This document shows, piece by piece, positions 1 to 9,257 of a stretch of 64,000 nucleotides of DNA. Source of the DNA: Chthoniobacteraceae bacterium (GTDB taxonomy: Bacteria; Verrucomicrobiota; Verrucomicrobiia; Chthoniobacterales; Chthoniobacteraceae); the NCBI GenBank assembly GCA_037190965.1, contig JBBCKI010000068.1, positions 32,001-96,000 on the forward strand. The letters run 5' to 3'. The position numbers and the translations under genes are program-made. The notes under the pieces are model-generated. The model ran no database searches and was not told the DNA's origin. It saw only the letters and a list, made by a program, of their open reading frames with translations. Every line of letters begins with the position of its first letter. The first letter of the stretch is position 1.

Positions 1-2
1 TG

Positions 3-428
3 CGCCACGCCAACCGGCATCTTCGCCGTCTGAGCGACCGCTATGAACTCCGCCGCGCGACCGCTACGGGAAGCGAACTCGGGTTGGAGATTGTCGATCT
101 TCATCAGGCGGGGAGTGTCCGCCCCACCTCCAGCCTTTCCGGCGGGGAAAGCTTTCTCGCCAGTTTGGCCATGGCTTTGGGGCTTTCGGATCTTGCGGGG
201 AGGAACGTCCGCATCGACTCCCTCTTCATCGACGAAGGGTTTGGCTCGCTCGACGCGGACACGCTCGACCTCGCCCTTGCCGCGTTGGATACGCTTCGCC
301 TCAATCACAAGACTGTAGGCGTCATCTCGCACGTGGAGCTTCTCAAAGAGCGCATTCCCGTGCAGATCCGGGTTGAAAAACAAGCGGGCGGCCTGAGCCG
401 CCTGCGAATGCCCTGGGATCGCGAGTAG
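3..428 (+). CDS. sbcC: SbcC/Rad50-family SMC-like exonuclease subunit, C-terminal part (begins before window)
   Basis: ABC signature LSGGESFLASLAMALGLS, Walker B LFIDEGFGSLD, VGVISHV; frame open from window start. Confidence 0.9.
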   Translation, partial: RHANRHLRRLSDRYELRRATATGSELGLEIVDLHQAGSVRPTSSLSGGESFLASLAMALGLSDLAGRNVRIDSLFIDEGFGSLDADTLDLALAALDTLRLNHKTVGVISHVELLKERIPVQIRVEKQAGGLSRLRMPWDRE

Positions 429-456
429 TCCGGCGGAATGGTTTATGGCCGTGAAA

Positions 457-539
457 GGCGTCGCGGAGCTCCGCCCTCCGTGAGAAGGAATACGCGGCAT
501 AGCAAACCCCAACAGCGGAGGGCGGAGCTCCGCGACGCC
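457..539. repeat. REP-like doublet family B, copy 1 (24-bp perfect inverted repeat, GGAG-type)
   Basis: GGCGTCGCGGAGCTCCGCCCTCCG (457-480) and its reverse complement (516-539), between convergent genes. Confidence 0.85.
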
Positions 540-554
540 GCTGCATGATTTAGT

Positions 555-1841
555 CTAGCGAAGCTGCAGGGTATCCGCCTGCCCGGCAGCACTGGTGCTC
601 CCGTCGTTCTTCGTCATCCGGAACCCGACCGGGCGGATCTCCGCCGCCGCTCGGTTCAAGCTTGCCTCCAGATAGCTGGCGGCGTCGCGGGCGGCCTTAC
701 TGAGGTCCGCCTCTTCGCTCAATTCCTGCTCCAGCGCCTTGAGAGCCGAGAGCGCTTCGGCCCGTTGCGTCTCCGCGAGCGCCTGAATGGCTGTGCGGCG
801 AAATACCGGGCTGGTGCGGCTCTCCCGCGCCCATCCCGGCAGCATCGGGATGGCGATCTCGGGATAATAGCGTGCGATCCCGTGCAATGCATAATGTCGG
901 GTGCTCGGCTCTCCCTCCAAGAGTTCGTGCTTCCAATAGGCCCATTCGGCATCGGGTTTGATGCCGTAATACTGCATCGCCAAGGCGCGCGCCAGCGGGT
1001 CGATCATCGCTTCGATCTTCGTCTGCGGATCGACGGTGATCGCCAGTTGCTCATCGGGAATTCCGATTTGCCGGAGGACGATCAGCGCTCTCACGAGATC
1101 GGCGACCTCCACTTTGAATGCGGCAGTGTTCCACGGGCTGGGCAGGTCGCTGCCGGCTTGCGTGAAGTTCGCGAAAGCGTTGGCGGGAAGGTTTTCCAGA
1201 ATCGCCAGGGCAGCGGTCTGCGCGGCGGGAAGGGAGACCTCGGGATGCTCCGCCAGATAGTCGAGCAGCCCCTGCAGCTTCGGCTCGGTATCGCTGGAGA
1301 GAGCCAAGGCGCGGTCATCGACCTGATTGGTGGACGCCGTGGGGATCGTCAGCAGGTCTTCGAGCCGGGTTTCACCGGGAGCGAAGTCGAAGAGTTGCGC
1401 TCTGGGGATGATCACGATGCCATGGGTCCCTTCGAACGCCTGCCCCGCCGGAATGGAAAGCCGAACCGGCTGGGGAGCCCGGTTGACCACCACCATGCGA
1501 AGGCGGTCGCGGCCATTGCCCCGGAATTCCGCCGTCATCGCGCCTTCCTCCAGCGCGAAGGCGAGATCCGTGGTCAACCGTTCTCCCGCCGGGACATTCG
1601 AGAGGTCGGTCGCCTGCCGTGCGGTTTCCGTGGGGCTGGCGGGCTTGGGATCGGCGGCGGGAGGAGGCGTGATCGTGACCGATGCGATTGCGGCGGGCTG
1701 GGCTGGAGGGGGAGGGACCGGCGCGGAGGCACTGAGAGTGGCCTTGCCCTGAACCTCATACGTTCCACGCAAAAACCACCCTGCCGCGCCACCCGCGCAA
1801 AGCGCGGTTGCGAGACTGAGGGAAAACAAAGTGCGGTTCAT
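555..1841 (-). CDS. Exported/membrane-anchored hypothetical protein with C-terminal HEAT-like repeats
   Basis: N-terminal hydrophobic segment, Pro-rich linker, helical repeats (TRHYALHGIA, FRRTAIQALA). Confidence 0.65.
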   Translation of the reverse strand: MNRTLFSLSLATALCAGGAAGWFLRGTYEVQGKATLSASAPVPPPPAQPAAIASVTITPPPAADPKPASPTETARQATDLSNVPAGERLTTDLAFALEEGAMTAEFRGNGRDRLRMVVVNRAPQPVRLSIPAGQAFEGTHGIVIIPRAQLFDFAPGETRLEDLLTIPTASTNQVDDRALALSSDTEPKLQGLLDYLAEHPEVSLPAAQTAALAILENLPANAFANFTQAGSDLPSPWNTAAFKVEVADLVRALIVLRQIGIPDEQLAITVDPQTKIEAMIDPLARALAMQYYGIKPDAEWAYWKHELLEGEPSTRHYALHGIARYYPEIAIPMLPGWARESRTSPVFRRTAIQALAETQRAEALSALKALEQELSEEADLSKAARDAASYLEASLNRAAAEIRPVGFRMTKNDGSTSAAGQADTLQLR

Positions 1842-1943
1842 GCAGGGTGCGGCAGGCAGGGAGGTGCGGAGAATAGTACAAAGTCCGATTCACTGCAATT
1901 TCCATGCCGCTTGTCCCGTCTCCGGGTGCAATACGGCGTGCGC

Positions 1944-2092
1944 GGTAGTCCGCTCTCGCCGAGAGCGCGGGATATGACGAGAATGCGCGTTTGGCGCCCA
2001 TCCCCCGGAAGGATTGTTGGTGCGGTTGGGATGCGGCTTCAAGAGAAGCACGGGAGCCGATACGCGCGCTCGGCGGCCGGTGCTGCCGCACC
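1944..2092 (+). repeat. GTAG-type REPIN-like element family A, copy 1 (right REP partly deleted)
   Basis: GGTAGTCCGCTCTCGCCGAGAGCGCGGG...CATCCC...GGGATG...GGGAGCCGATAC...GGTGCTGCCGCACC; homologous to five other copies. Confidence 0.85.
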
Positions 2093-2113
2093 GTTTGTCA
2101 GGGAAGTAGCGGC

Positions 2114-2389
2114 CTATTTCCGCCGCACCCGGTCTTTCTTTTCCTCGCTCTCTTCCTGAATGCGCCGCAGTTCCGCCGCGAGCTGCTTTTCGATGGAGGC
2201 CACTTCGTCAAACTGGCCGCGCGCCCGAGCTTTTGCGATCTGTTCGCCGAGGAAAAGCTCCTTTTCCGCGACTCGCGACTTGGCGATGCTTTCGATCTCG
2301 GCGATTTCCGCCTTCTGCGCTTCGGTGAGCTTTTGCGTCGGAGCCTGTTTTTCCAAACGTTCCATGGCGAGTTCGTAAGCGGATTTCAT
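2114..2389 (-). CDS. Small coiled-coil hypothetical protein (MKSAYELAMERL...)
   Basis: Charged helical 91-aa ORF; start moved to ATG 2389, preceded by TTGATT-17-GATAAT. Confidence 0.75.
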   Translation of the reverse strand: MKSAYELAMERLEKQAPTQKLTEAQKAEIAEIESIAKSRVAEKELFLGEQIAKARARGQFDEVASIEKQLAAELRRIQEESEEKKDRVRRK

Positions 2390-2468
2390 GGTTGCGATTA
2401 TCCGTCGTCCGCGTCCGGCAATCAATCGCTTTGCGCAGGCGCGCCATTGAAGGTACACTCTCGGCGAC

Positions 2469-3281
2469 ATGATTCGCCTTCTCAGCACCGATTTTGACGG
2501 AACGCTCGTTGACCACGACGCCTCGCCCGCTGTTTCGCCCGCTTTATATGAAACGCTGGCGCAATTGCGGCGTTGCGGCGTCTCCTGGGCGGTCAACACG
2601 GGGCGCGATCTCAACTTCATCCTTCAGGGCTTGAACGATTTCGAGTTCCCGATCGAGCCCGACTATATCCTGACCAACGAACGGGAGATTTTCCACCGGA
2701 ATAGCCAGGGCGAATGGCAGGATTACGGCGACTGGAACCGGCGTTGCGTCGAAGCCCATGACACGTTGTTCGAGTCAGAGAGCGGACTGCTCCGGGAAGT
2801 GCTCCGGTTTGCCGAGACGGAGATCAACGCGAAGACGATCTACGAAAAGAACCGGCCTGTGGGGTTGGTTGGCGATGGAGACGCCGATATCGACCGTTTT
2901 ATCGGTTTTCTCCATGAGCAACGCTCCCGGGATTCGCTCTTCCATTACCAGCGTAACACGATCTTCCTTCGGTTTTGTCATGCCCACTATTCCAAGGGAA
3001 GCGCGCTGGGGGAGCTATGCCGCCTGACCGGCATTTCGGAGCACGAGACTTTCTCGATGGGCGACCATCATAACGACCTCTCCATGCTCGATGGGCGTTT
3101 TGCCCGCTGGCCCGCCGCCCCGGGCAACGCCATTGACGAGGTCAAAGCCACCGTGAAAAACGCCGGGGGCTACATCGCCCAGGGCCGTTGCAGCGAGGGG
3201 GTCTTGGAGGCGTTGCAGCATTTCTTCGATACGCACTCGCTGGCTCCCGCGGGATTTCAGGGATTTACAAAATCCGCCTAA
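2469..3281 (+). CDS. HAD-superfamily subfamily IIB (Cof-like) phosphatase
   Basis: Motifs STDFDGTL, NTGR, SKG, GDHHNDLSM. Confidence 0.9.
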   Translation: MIRLLSTDFDGTLVDHDASPAVSPALYETLAQLRRCGVSWAVNTGRDLNFILQGLNDFEFPIEPDYILTNEREIFHRNSQGEWQDYGDWNRRCVEAHDTLFESESGLLREVLRFAETEINAKTIYEKNRPVGLVGDGDADIDRFIGFLHEQRSRDSLFHYQRNTIFLRFCHAHYSKGSALGELCRLTGISEHETFSMGDHHNDLSMLDGRFARWPAAPGNAIDEVKATVKNAGGYIAQGRCSEGVLEALQHFFDTHSLAPAGFQGFTKSA

Positions 3282-3319
3282 AAGCCTCTTCCATCGCCCG
3301 CTCCATCAGGAGCGTGGCG
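3265..3319 (-). repeat. Displaced duplicate of the Hsp70/hscA 3' end (att-like direct repeat)
   Basis: 3290-3319 is identical to 9289-9318; on the minus strand it reads ATLLMERAMEEAFRRIL* vs gene end ATLLMERAMEEALRRKGIL*. Confidence 0.9.
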
Positions 3320-3327
3320 CCCGCGAC

Positions 3328-4062
3328 CTAGAAACTCAAACCGCCGCTCCAAAAGGAATTTTGCGAGGTCATCTTCCGAATCTCCGAACGGGGAACCGCG
3401 CTGACGTGGCCGTCCATATAAACGACATTCAGATGATCGCCATGCGCGTAAAACGTATCCTGCTTGTTGGTGAAGGTGCTTGGAGCGATGGTGGAAGGAT
3501 ATGAGACCTCGTTTGGGGTGATGTTTGGCTTTACCCCATCCATAAACATGGCCATTTGAGCCGGTTGTGGAATGCCGGCGATCGGCGGGCTAAGGAAGAT
3601 GCTGGGCTCCGAAGGGGCGCCATCATCAAGAAACTCGCCCGTCCCTTTTGCATAGGTATTAAGGCAATAGCTCTGCCAGGTGCCGATTGCCTTGTTGTGT
3701 TTGCGCCGATCTGCCGGACACCAGGCAACCTCTGTTGGGGAGGTCGTCCTCTTCCATTCAGCAAGGTAATCAAGAAGGCTGCCTCTCACCGAGTAGGTGC
3801 CTTGTGTTCCCGACCGAAGCCGACCATTGGGTTGCTTCCAGTCGGCACTGGGCATTGATCCACGATGGTCGTAAGCGTAACGGAGGGCGGACTCGCCAAG
3901 TTTTTTGAGCTTGTTGATGCAGGATGCATTGTCCCCCATGTCAACGACACCCTGGTAAGCGGGGATCGCCAGAAGCGCCAACGAAGCGAGGATCACCATC
4001 GCAATCAAGACTTCCGCCAGCGAGAAGGCCAGGGATGATGAAGGGGGAGGCGTGCGGTTCAT
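3328..4062 (-). CDS. Prepilin-type N-terminal cleavage/methylation protein with C-terminal H-X9-DG motif
   Basis: A|FSLAEVLIAMVILASLALLAIP, CINKLKKLG, C-terminal HGDHLNVVYMDG. Confidence 0.9.
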   Translation of the reverse strand: MNRTPPPSSSLAFSLAEVLIAMVILASLALLAIPAYQGVVDMGDNASCINKLKKLGESALRYAYDHRGSMPSADWKQPNGRLRSGTQGTYSVRGSLLDYLAEWKRTTSPTEVAWCPADRRKHNKAIGTWQSYCLNTYAKGTGEFLDDGAPSEPSIFLSPPIAGIPQPAQMAMFMDGVKPNITPNEVSYPSTIAPSTFTNKQDTFYAHGDHLNVVYMDGHVSAVPRSEIRKMTSQNSFWSGGLSF

Positions 4063-4072
4063 ATCGGAGTAA

Positions 4073-7027
4073 TTATTTTTGAGGGAGGCTTATAGCATCG
4101 ACGAGGTACTTCCCGCTCAGCAGCTTAACATAGGCGGCTCCCTCCGGGAGGGTTTCCCAGATTGCCGGGCCATCCTGGGCGAGCTTTCGATCAAGGGGAG
4201 CCCCCTCGGCATTGCAGAGGACAACCGTTGTGGCGGAAGTTTCCGATGGGAAGAGGACTTTAACCCCATCACCAGCCGATTGCACAGCCAAGGCGCGGGG
4301 AAGACGGGCGACCACGGCAACCCGCTTTGGTGAGACCTTCAAGACGAGCCCTTTTTCAGCCACGGGTAGTTCCACACCGTTGAGCAGATCGAAGTAATGA
4401 TGTGATGCCGTTTCTTGCGCGGGCATGGCCGGGCCTTCGATTGGCTTTTCACGGTCATTCAGCAGCACGGTGATGGTTTTGCGACCGGTAGCAAATCGGT
4501 TTGCATAGAGGTAGTCCTGCAAGGTGGACACCAGGGGTTCCACCTGCGTTGAGCGAAAGGCGTCTGCGTTCTCGCGCAGGATACGGTGATAATTCTCGGG
4601 CCAAGGCCGCTGAAACAGCCCCACGCCATTCCAGAGCATGATCTCATGATAGGCCTTGCTCGGGAATGAGTGCGATGAGGTTACATTCTCGAAAAGCGTG
4701 ACTCCCGGGAAATAGAAACGGAAGATGTTGAGCGGCAATGGGCGGAAGCCGGGGATTGCCCAGCGCATTTCATGCAGAAGAGCGCCGTCAAGTTCTCCCG
4801 CGAGGAAGTCGCACCCTGCGTACTCGCCGGTGAGCAGAATGTCCGGCTTTTTGGCGCTGCAGGCGGCCCTGACCTTTAACATCAGGGCTTTCATGGACCT
4901 CATGACGGCATGCTCGCCAGGCTCGGCAAACTGGTGCGTGTGTTCTTTGCTATAGCAGACAAACCCTGTATAGCCAAACTGATCGAGCCGAATGCCATCC
5001 ACTTGGGTATCTCCCACAAGACGGGCCATATTATTCGCGTAGGCTTGTTGATAATCCTCATTATCCGTGCACATGCTCCATTTGGCATACGTAATGAGGT
5101 GATCGCCCTTCGGGGTTTCAGGAAGCGGGCCCGGCGTGTGCTGAACGTGAGGATTAACGACACTATGCTTTCGTCCGTAGTTTTTCCCCATTTCGGTCGT
5201 GCTATCCACAATGAACGGATCGGTGTAGAATTGCACCAGGGCACCGGCTTCGTGTGCGGTGGCGATGCCTTTCTTCAATCCCTCAAGGCCTTCCATGCTG
5301 GTATTATAAGCATAGTCTCCATCGTTGACGGCGTTGACGAGCTTTCCTCTCACCGGGTCATCCATGAAGAAGTAGTTCCACTTGTTGTGCATCTGGCGGA
5401 GGGTTTCCTCTCGGCCCTGATCCAGGGAAACTCCAAAGGGGCCCTTTTCGGACCACTCCCACCAGTGGCGGAATTCGCCCATGTCGATCCCGTCCTCACG
5501 ATAGCCGCCGTACCACTCCTTGGTTTCGAAATTGTAGAGCCGCTTCTGAACCTGCGGTTCCGAAGGCAGGCTGGCGGTGATGGTCTGGATCAACCAAACA
5601 TCCCTGATGGCCGTGTCGGGCGAGCGCCACTTCCATACCGAATGAGCCCACTTTGCATAGGTGCTCATGGCCGCCTTCCAGTCGCCGGGGTGGATCTCAA
5701 TCACCGCGTCGGGATACTTGAATCGGCCGCCGGTCTCCCGCGTGTGGCGCTGGTATTCGAATCCCATCGCGCTTCCTTTGCCCGGTGTCAGGCTCTGTTT
5801 CCAGAGCATTCCTTTTTCAAGGCGATTTCCAAGATCGGTGACGGCCCTTGCAAAAGCGGGATGCTTCACTCCTTTTCGGAAGGCGATCCCCTTCAGAAGC
5901 CCCCCTTCGTCGAGGGAGCGCATCGAGATCCCGCTTCCCTTTCCAGGAGAGTAGACATCGACCATCTGCCACATCGCCTCATTGGCCGCATAGAACAGGC
6001 GGAGATCGGTATTTACCTTTTGAACAATGCCGCCCCGGAATGGGTAGCAATAGTAATCGTCATCTGGGTTATCGGAAACGCTGATGCCGCCGATCTGCGG
6101 AAACACCGTCTTCCACGAATGCTCCTTTCCTGAGATATTCACCATCTCCAAGCCAAGACGCAAGTGCTCCGCAGTCACCGTCGCAGTAAAGCTGGCCTCC
6201 AGCCCGCCACCCTCCAGCAGCACTTCGGCGGAATCGCCCTTGATGCGCGTTTCCTTGACCACCCAGTCTCTGGCTGTCACCGTGCGCCCATCGCCCGTGT
6301 CGACAAGGAAGAGGCCGGTTTTTGAGGGATCGAGAAGAATATCCTTCCCTGCAAACTCATCAAAAAGCGAGACAAGGCGCAATCCTCCCTTCGTGGAAAA
6401 CACCGCCTTGAGCGCCGGATTGGAGAGGGTGAATCCGTTCTCTGTTTTCTCAATTTCCGGGGCGCGCCCGGCGGGCGAGTTGGCCGGTTTTGAGATTGCG
6501 GGGGCCATGTTTACCGGCGTTCCCGTATCGGCGAGTTCGAAGAACACCTGCGCCTCCGTGACCGGCTGAGATGGATCAAAGCGAATCAAAAAATGACGGA
6601 GCGCCTGGGCCTCGCTGCGTCCCGAGAGCTTCAGGGAGACACCCTCAAATTTATGAAACTCTATTTCTCCCGGCCGTTCTTCAACAAAGGCTCCCCCCTT
6701 TTGAAGCTCAACGACAATCTTCTTCCCCTGAACATCAAAAGCTTCAACCACGACGGCATCGGTGTTTTTGGTCAGCAGATGAAGACGCACGGGCTTCTGC
6801 GGATCGAATCGTCCACCGTCCAAGACGATCTTCAGTTCGGACTTTCCAAGAAGCCTCCCGTCTTCAACCACCCGTGTCGGGTTTTTGTTTACGCCGGTGA
6901 GTTCACCGGTGCGTCGCCATGTTGAGGATTGTTCTGCGAAGGAGGGAGTCGTCAGGGCGAGCAACGGAAAGGTTGCGCAGGCAATCAGGCGGGTGGAGAG
7001 TGAACGTTGGGAAGGCATGGGGAACAA
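4073..7027 (-). CDS. Large secreted putative glycoside hydrolase-like protein (DUF6259-like TIM barrel)
   Basis: Signal peptide; MC...DGIRLDQFG...CYSKEHTH and LTGE motifs; Trp/Tyr-rich; sits next to a LacI regulator. Confidence 0.6.
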   Translation of the reverse strand: MFPMPSQRSLSTRLIACATFPLLALTTPSFAEQSSTWRRTGELTGVNKNPTRVVEDGRLLGKSELKIVLDGGRFDPQKPVRLHLLTKNTDAVVVEAFDVQGKKIVVELQKGGAFVEERPGEIEFHKFEGVSLKLSGRSEAQALRHFLIRFDPSQPVTEAQVFFELADTGTPVNMAPAISKPANSPAGRAPEIEKTENGFTLSNPALKAVFSTKGGLRLVSLFDEFAGKDILLDPSKTGLFLVDTGDGRTVTARDWVVKETRIKGDSAEVLLEGGGLEASFTATVTAEHLRLGLEMVNISGKEHSWKTVFPQIGGISVSDNPDDDYYCYPFRGGIVQKVNTDLRLFYAANEAMWQMVDVYSPGKGSGISMRSLDEGGLLKGIAFRKGVKHPAFARAVTDLGNRLEKGMLWKQSLTPGKGSAMGFEYQRHTRETGGRFKYPDAVIEIHPGDWKAAMSTYAKWAHSVWKWRSPDTAIRDVWLIQTITASLPSEPQVQKRLYNFETKEWYGGYREDGIDMGEFRHWWEWSEKGPFGVSLDQGREETLRQMHNKWNYFFMDDPVRGKLVNAVNDGDYAYNTSMEGLEGLKKGIATAHEAGALVQFYTDPFIVDSTTEMGKNYGRKHSVVNPHVQHTPGPLPETPKGDHLITYAKWSMCTDNEDYQQAYANNMARLVGDTQVDGIRLDQFGYTGFVCYSKEHTHQFAEPGEHAVMRSMKALMLKVRAACSAKKPDILLTGEYAGCDFLAGELDGALLHEMRWAIPGFRPLPLNIFRFYFPGVTLFENVTSSHSFPSKAYHEIMLWNGVGLFQRPWPENYHRILRENADAFRSTQVEPLVSTLQDYLYANRFATGRKTITVLLNDREKPIEGPAMPAQETASHHYFDLLNGVELPVAEKGLVLKVSPKRVAVVARLPRALAVQSAGDGVKVLFPSETSATTVVLCNAEGAPLDRKLAQDGPAIWETLPEGAAYVKLLSGKYLVDAISLPQK

Positions 7028-7063
7028 TGAGCGATGAACAGGGAGAGGACTTTGTCAGGCGAT

Positions 7064-7873
7064 CTACTTAAGCTTTCGCCGCAAGAGGAGACCGGCAATG
7101 CCAGCGGGCAATAGAAGGGCCGCAGTGGCCGGCTCCGGGATGGCTTCGAGCTGGAAGCTATCATACCCCACGGTTCTATCAGCGGAACGGAAGTTGGTTC
7201 TCAAGCCCGTGACCCCGCTGGTATAGCTGCTGTCCGTCACATTGATGGAAGTGATCAGATTTCCATTGCTGGTGCTAAATAGTGATGCGGTCAACTGGTC
7301 CCCCACAAACTCGAACTCAAGGCGGTAATAGTTGGTGCTGCTGACACTGATCGTACTGGATGCGGCAATGATATAGCTTCCCACATCGGTAAACTGGATG
7401 TTCTTGGAGATAACAAGCCGAACGCCCGAGGCATCGCGCAAAATTCCCGCAAAATAGCCGTCAGGAGTCCCGCCGTCCGCCGAGGGGGTTTGAACGCGCG
7501 CCATGATCCCCATGGATTGATTGTTATTGGAGATGAATTGAACCACGGAGGTCACTTTTCCATCACTAACCTGGGAACCGCTTCCCTGATAGTATGCCAT
7601 GGTAAACTGGCTGCTTGTCGCCCCGACGGGGTTGGCCATTTGGAGCACTCCGTTTCCAGTGAGAGAAAGCGTCGTTGGCGTAGCGGTGCCTGATCGTTTG
7701 ATGGTCCAGTCCGCATAAGTGGAACCTGAGCCAGGGAAGGCGCCTGCCGTCCCATTAAAGTCGGTTTGGTAGACGACGGCAGCTTCCGCGGGCGCGACTG
7801 CGAAGAAGAGAATCGCTGCAATGGTGTTGACTATCGATAGAGCGCCGAGGGGAAGGAAGGGAGTGGTTCTCAT
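7064..7873 (-). CDS. PEP-CTERM sorting-domain surface protein with beta-sandwich (lectin-like) body
   Basis: Signal peptide, Ser/Thr/Gly-rich body, C-terminal IPEPATAALLLPAGIAGLLLRRKLK. Confidence 0.92.
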   Translation of the reverse strand: MRTTPFLPLGALSIVNTIAAILFFAVAPAEAAVVYQTDFNGTAGAFPGSGSTYADWTIKRSGTATPTTLSLTGNGVLQMANPVGATSSQFTMAYYQGSGSQVSDGKVTSVVQFISNNNQSMGIMARVQTPSADGGTPDGYFAGILRDASGVRLVISKNIQFTDVGSYIIAASSTISVSSTNYYRLEFEFVGDQLTASLFSTSNGNLITSINVTDSSYTSGVTGLRTNFRSADRTVGYDSFQLEAIPEPATAALLLPAGIAGLLLRRKLK

Positions 7874-7887
7874 GGGGGTGGGAGTAA

Positions 7888-9042
7888 TTAGGGGGTGATT
7901 TGCGGGGACGGATTGTTTTTTCGAGTGCGTTTTTCGGAAGGTGCGGGAAAGCCCGTGGGAGTTTTTCCGACGCTCTCCCGGCGGATCAACTGAGCGTTGA
8001 CGTAAATATCGCCAGATCTCTCATTCCGGTTAATCTGACGGAGCATGATGTCGAAAGCGCTCTGCGCGATTTCTTTGGAATCATATTCCACTGCTGTCAG
8101 CGGGAAGCCACCGGCATCTCCGGCGCCAAGAATCCCGATGCTTACGATGGAAATATCCTCCGGGTAGCGGAGTCCTCTTGCGCGGCCCATCGATAACAAA
8201 TGCCATGCGACGCGGTTATTGCTGGTAATGACGGCGCTGCCTCTCTCCGGCCAGTCGAGGTAAGAAGTGATGTAGCGCTCGAACAACCTCTTGTCCTCTG
8301 TCGGAGAGAGTCCGAATCGAGCCGCCAGATCCCGCGCGTCTGTCGTCTCGTGCCGAGGCGAAAATATCCGCACGTCCAGTTCCGCATTGCACGGCTCACT
8401 GCGGTCGAGCAGCGCTGCGTAGCGCCCGGCCGTTGCCGAATTGTCGAAGTGGGGGTGCAGAATGTCGATGCGGCGGTGGCCCATTCGCATCAACTCGTCG
8501 CGCGCCAGCATGCACTCCTGCTTGCGATCTTTGATGATTCTACCCGCAAGCGTGGACAGCCCGTTGCCGCCCAACTCGGAGAGAAGAACCAACGGCATCT
8601 TCATTCCTGCCAGCCACTGCTGCATTTCAGCTCCTTCGTAGCTGCTCCGGGCCGGGTAGAGCATGATCCCGTCAACCCGCGACTCCGCCAGCCATCTCAA
8701 GGCCTTGTCTTCTCCGTCCGGAGACCAGCGGTGGAACTGGAAGAGAAGCTGATAGCCCCGGTCGGACGCCACCTGGTTCAGTTCGTCCAGAATGGCTGCG
8801 TAATAAGGATCGATGGCGATCGGCATCACGACGCCCAGCACCCCGGTGCGCCCGAGCGAAAGTGACTTCGCCAACTGGTTGGGCACATAGCCAAGATTTC
8901 GGGCGATCTCCTTGATCCGGGTTCGCGTGCTTTCAGGCAAGCGGGAGCTGTCGTTGAGAGCCATGGATACTGTGGCTACCGTACAGTTCGCCTTGGCGGC
9001 AATTTCGCGAAACCGAACAGGTTTGGAGGAAGGGGAGGGCAT
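7888..9042 (-). CDS. LacI-family transcriptional regulator
   Basis: HTH FREIAAKANCTVATVSMALN, GYVPNQLAKSL, PEDISIV, LIRRES. Confidence 0.93.
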   Translation of the reverse strand: MPSPSSKPVRFREIAAKANCTVATVSMALNDSSRLPESTRTRIKEIARNLGYVPNQLAKSLSLGRTGVLGVVMPIAIDPYYAAILDELNQVASDRGYQLLFQFHRWSPDGEDKALRWLAESRVDGIMLYPARSSYEGAEMQQWLAGMKMPLVLLSELGGNGLSTLAGRIIKDRKQECMLARDELMRMGHRRIDILHPHFDNSATAGRYAALLDRSEPCNAELDVRIFSPRHETTDARDLAARFGLSPTEDKRLFERYITSYLDWPERGSAVITSNNRVAWHLLSMGRARGLRYPEDISIVSIGILGAGDAGGFPLTAVEYDSKEIAQSAFDIMLRQINRNERSGDIYVNAQLIRRESVGKTPTGFPAPSEKRTRKNNPSPQITP

Positions 9043-9054
9043 GGAATACGCTGC

Positions 9055-9087
9055 TTTACCGGTTAAATAGCTTAACCGGTTAAACTA
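9055..9087. promoter_or_regulatory. Tandem LacI-type operators (TTAACCGGTTAA) overlapping the cassette promoter
   Basis: TTTACCGGTTAA (9055-9066) and near-perfect palindrome TAGCTTAACCGGTTAAACTA (9068-9087); minus-strand TTGCTT-17-TATTTA spans the second box. Confidence 0.7.
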
Positions 9088-9147
9088 AGCAAGAATAAAT
9101 TGGACGGACATACAAGCTGAGGTTCAGGTGTGAGCCAAAAAGACTGG

Positions 9148-9183
9148 AATCAGCCCCTCCGATGATCGATTTGGGGGCTGATT
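9148..9183. terminator. Hairpin downstream of the hscA-like gene (possible terminator)
   Basis: AATCAGCCCC...GGGGCTGATT 10-bp stem, long loop, no immediate U-tract. Confidence 0.4.
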
Positions 9184-9257
9184 GAAAGGAGTCGCTCCGC
9201 GTTTGGCAGGCACCGGTCAGGCGCGCCAACGTGCTTTCTTTCCGCAATCCGTAATTC

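Larger units (their letters stand above)
3320..9257. mobile_element. ~6-kb inserted cassette/genomic islet at the 3' end of the hscA-like gene; no integrase
   Basis: Flanking direct repeat of the gene 3' end, four co-oriented accessory genes, visibly more AT-rich than flanks. Confidence 0.75.
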
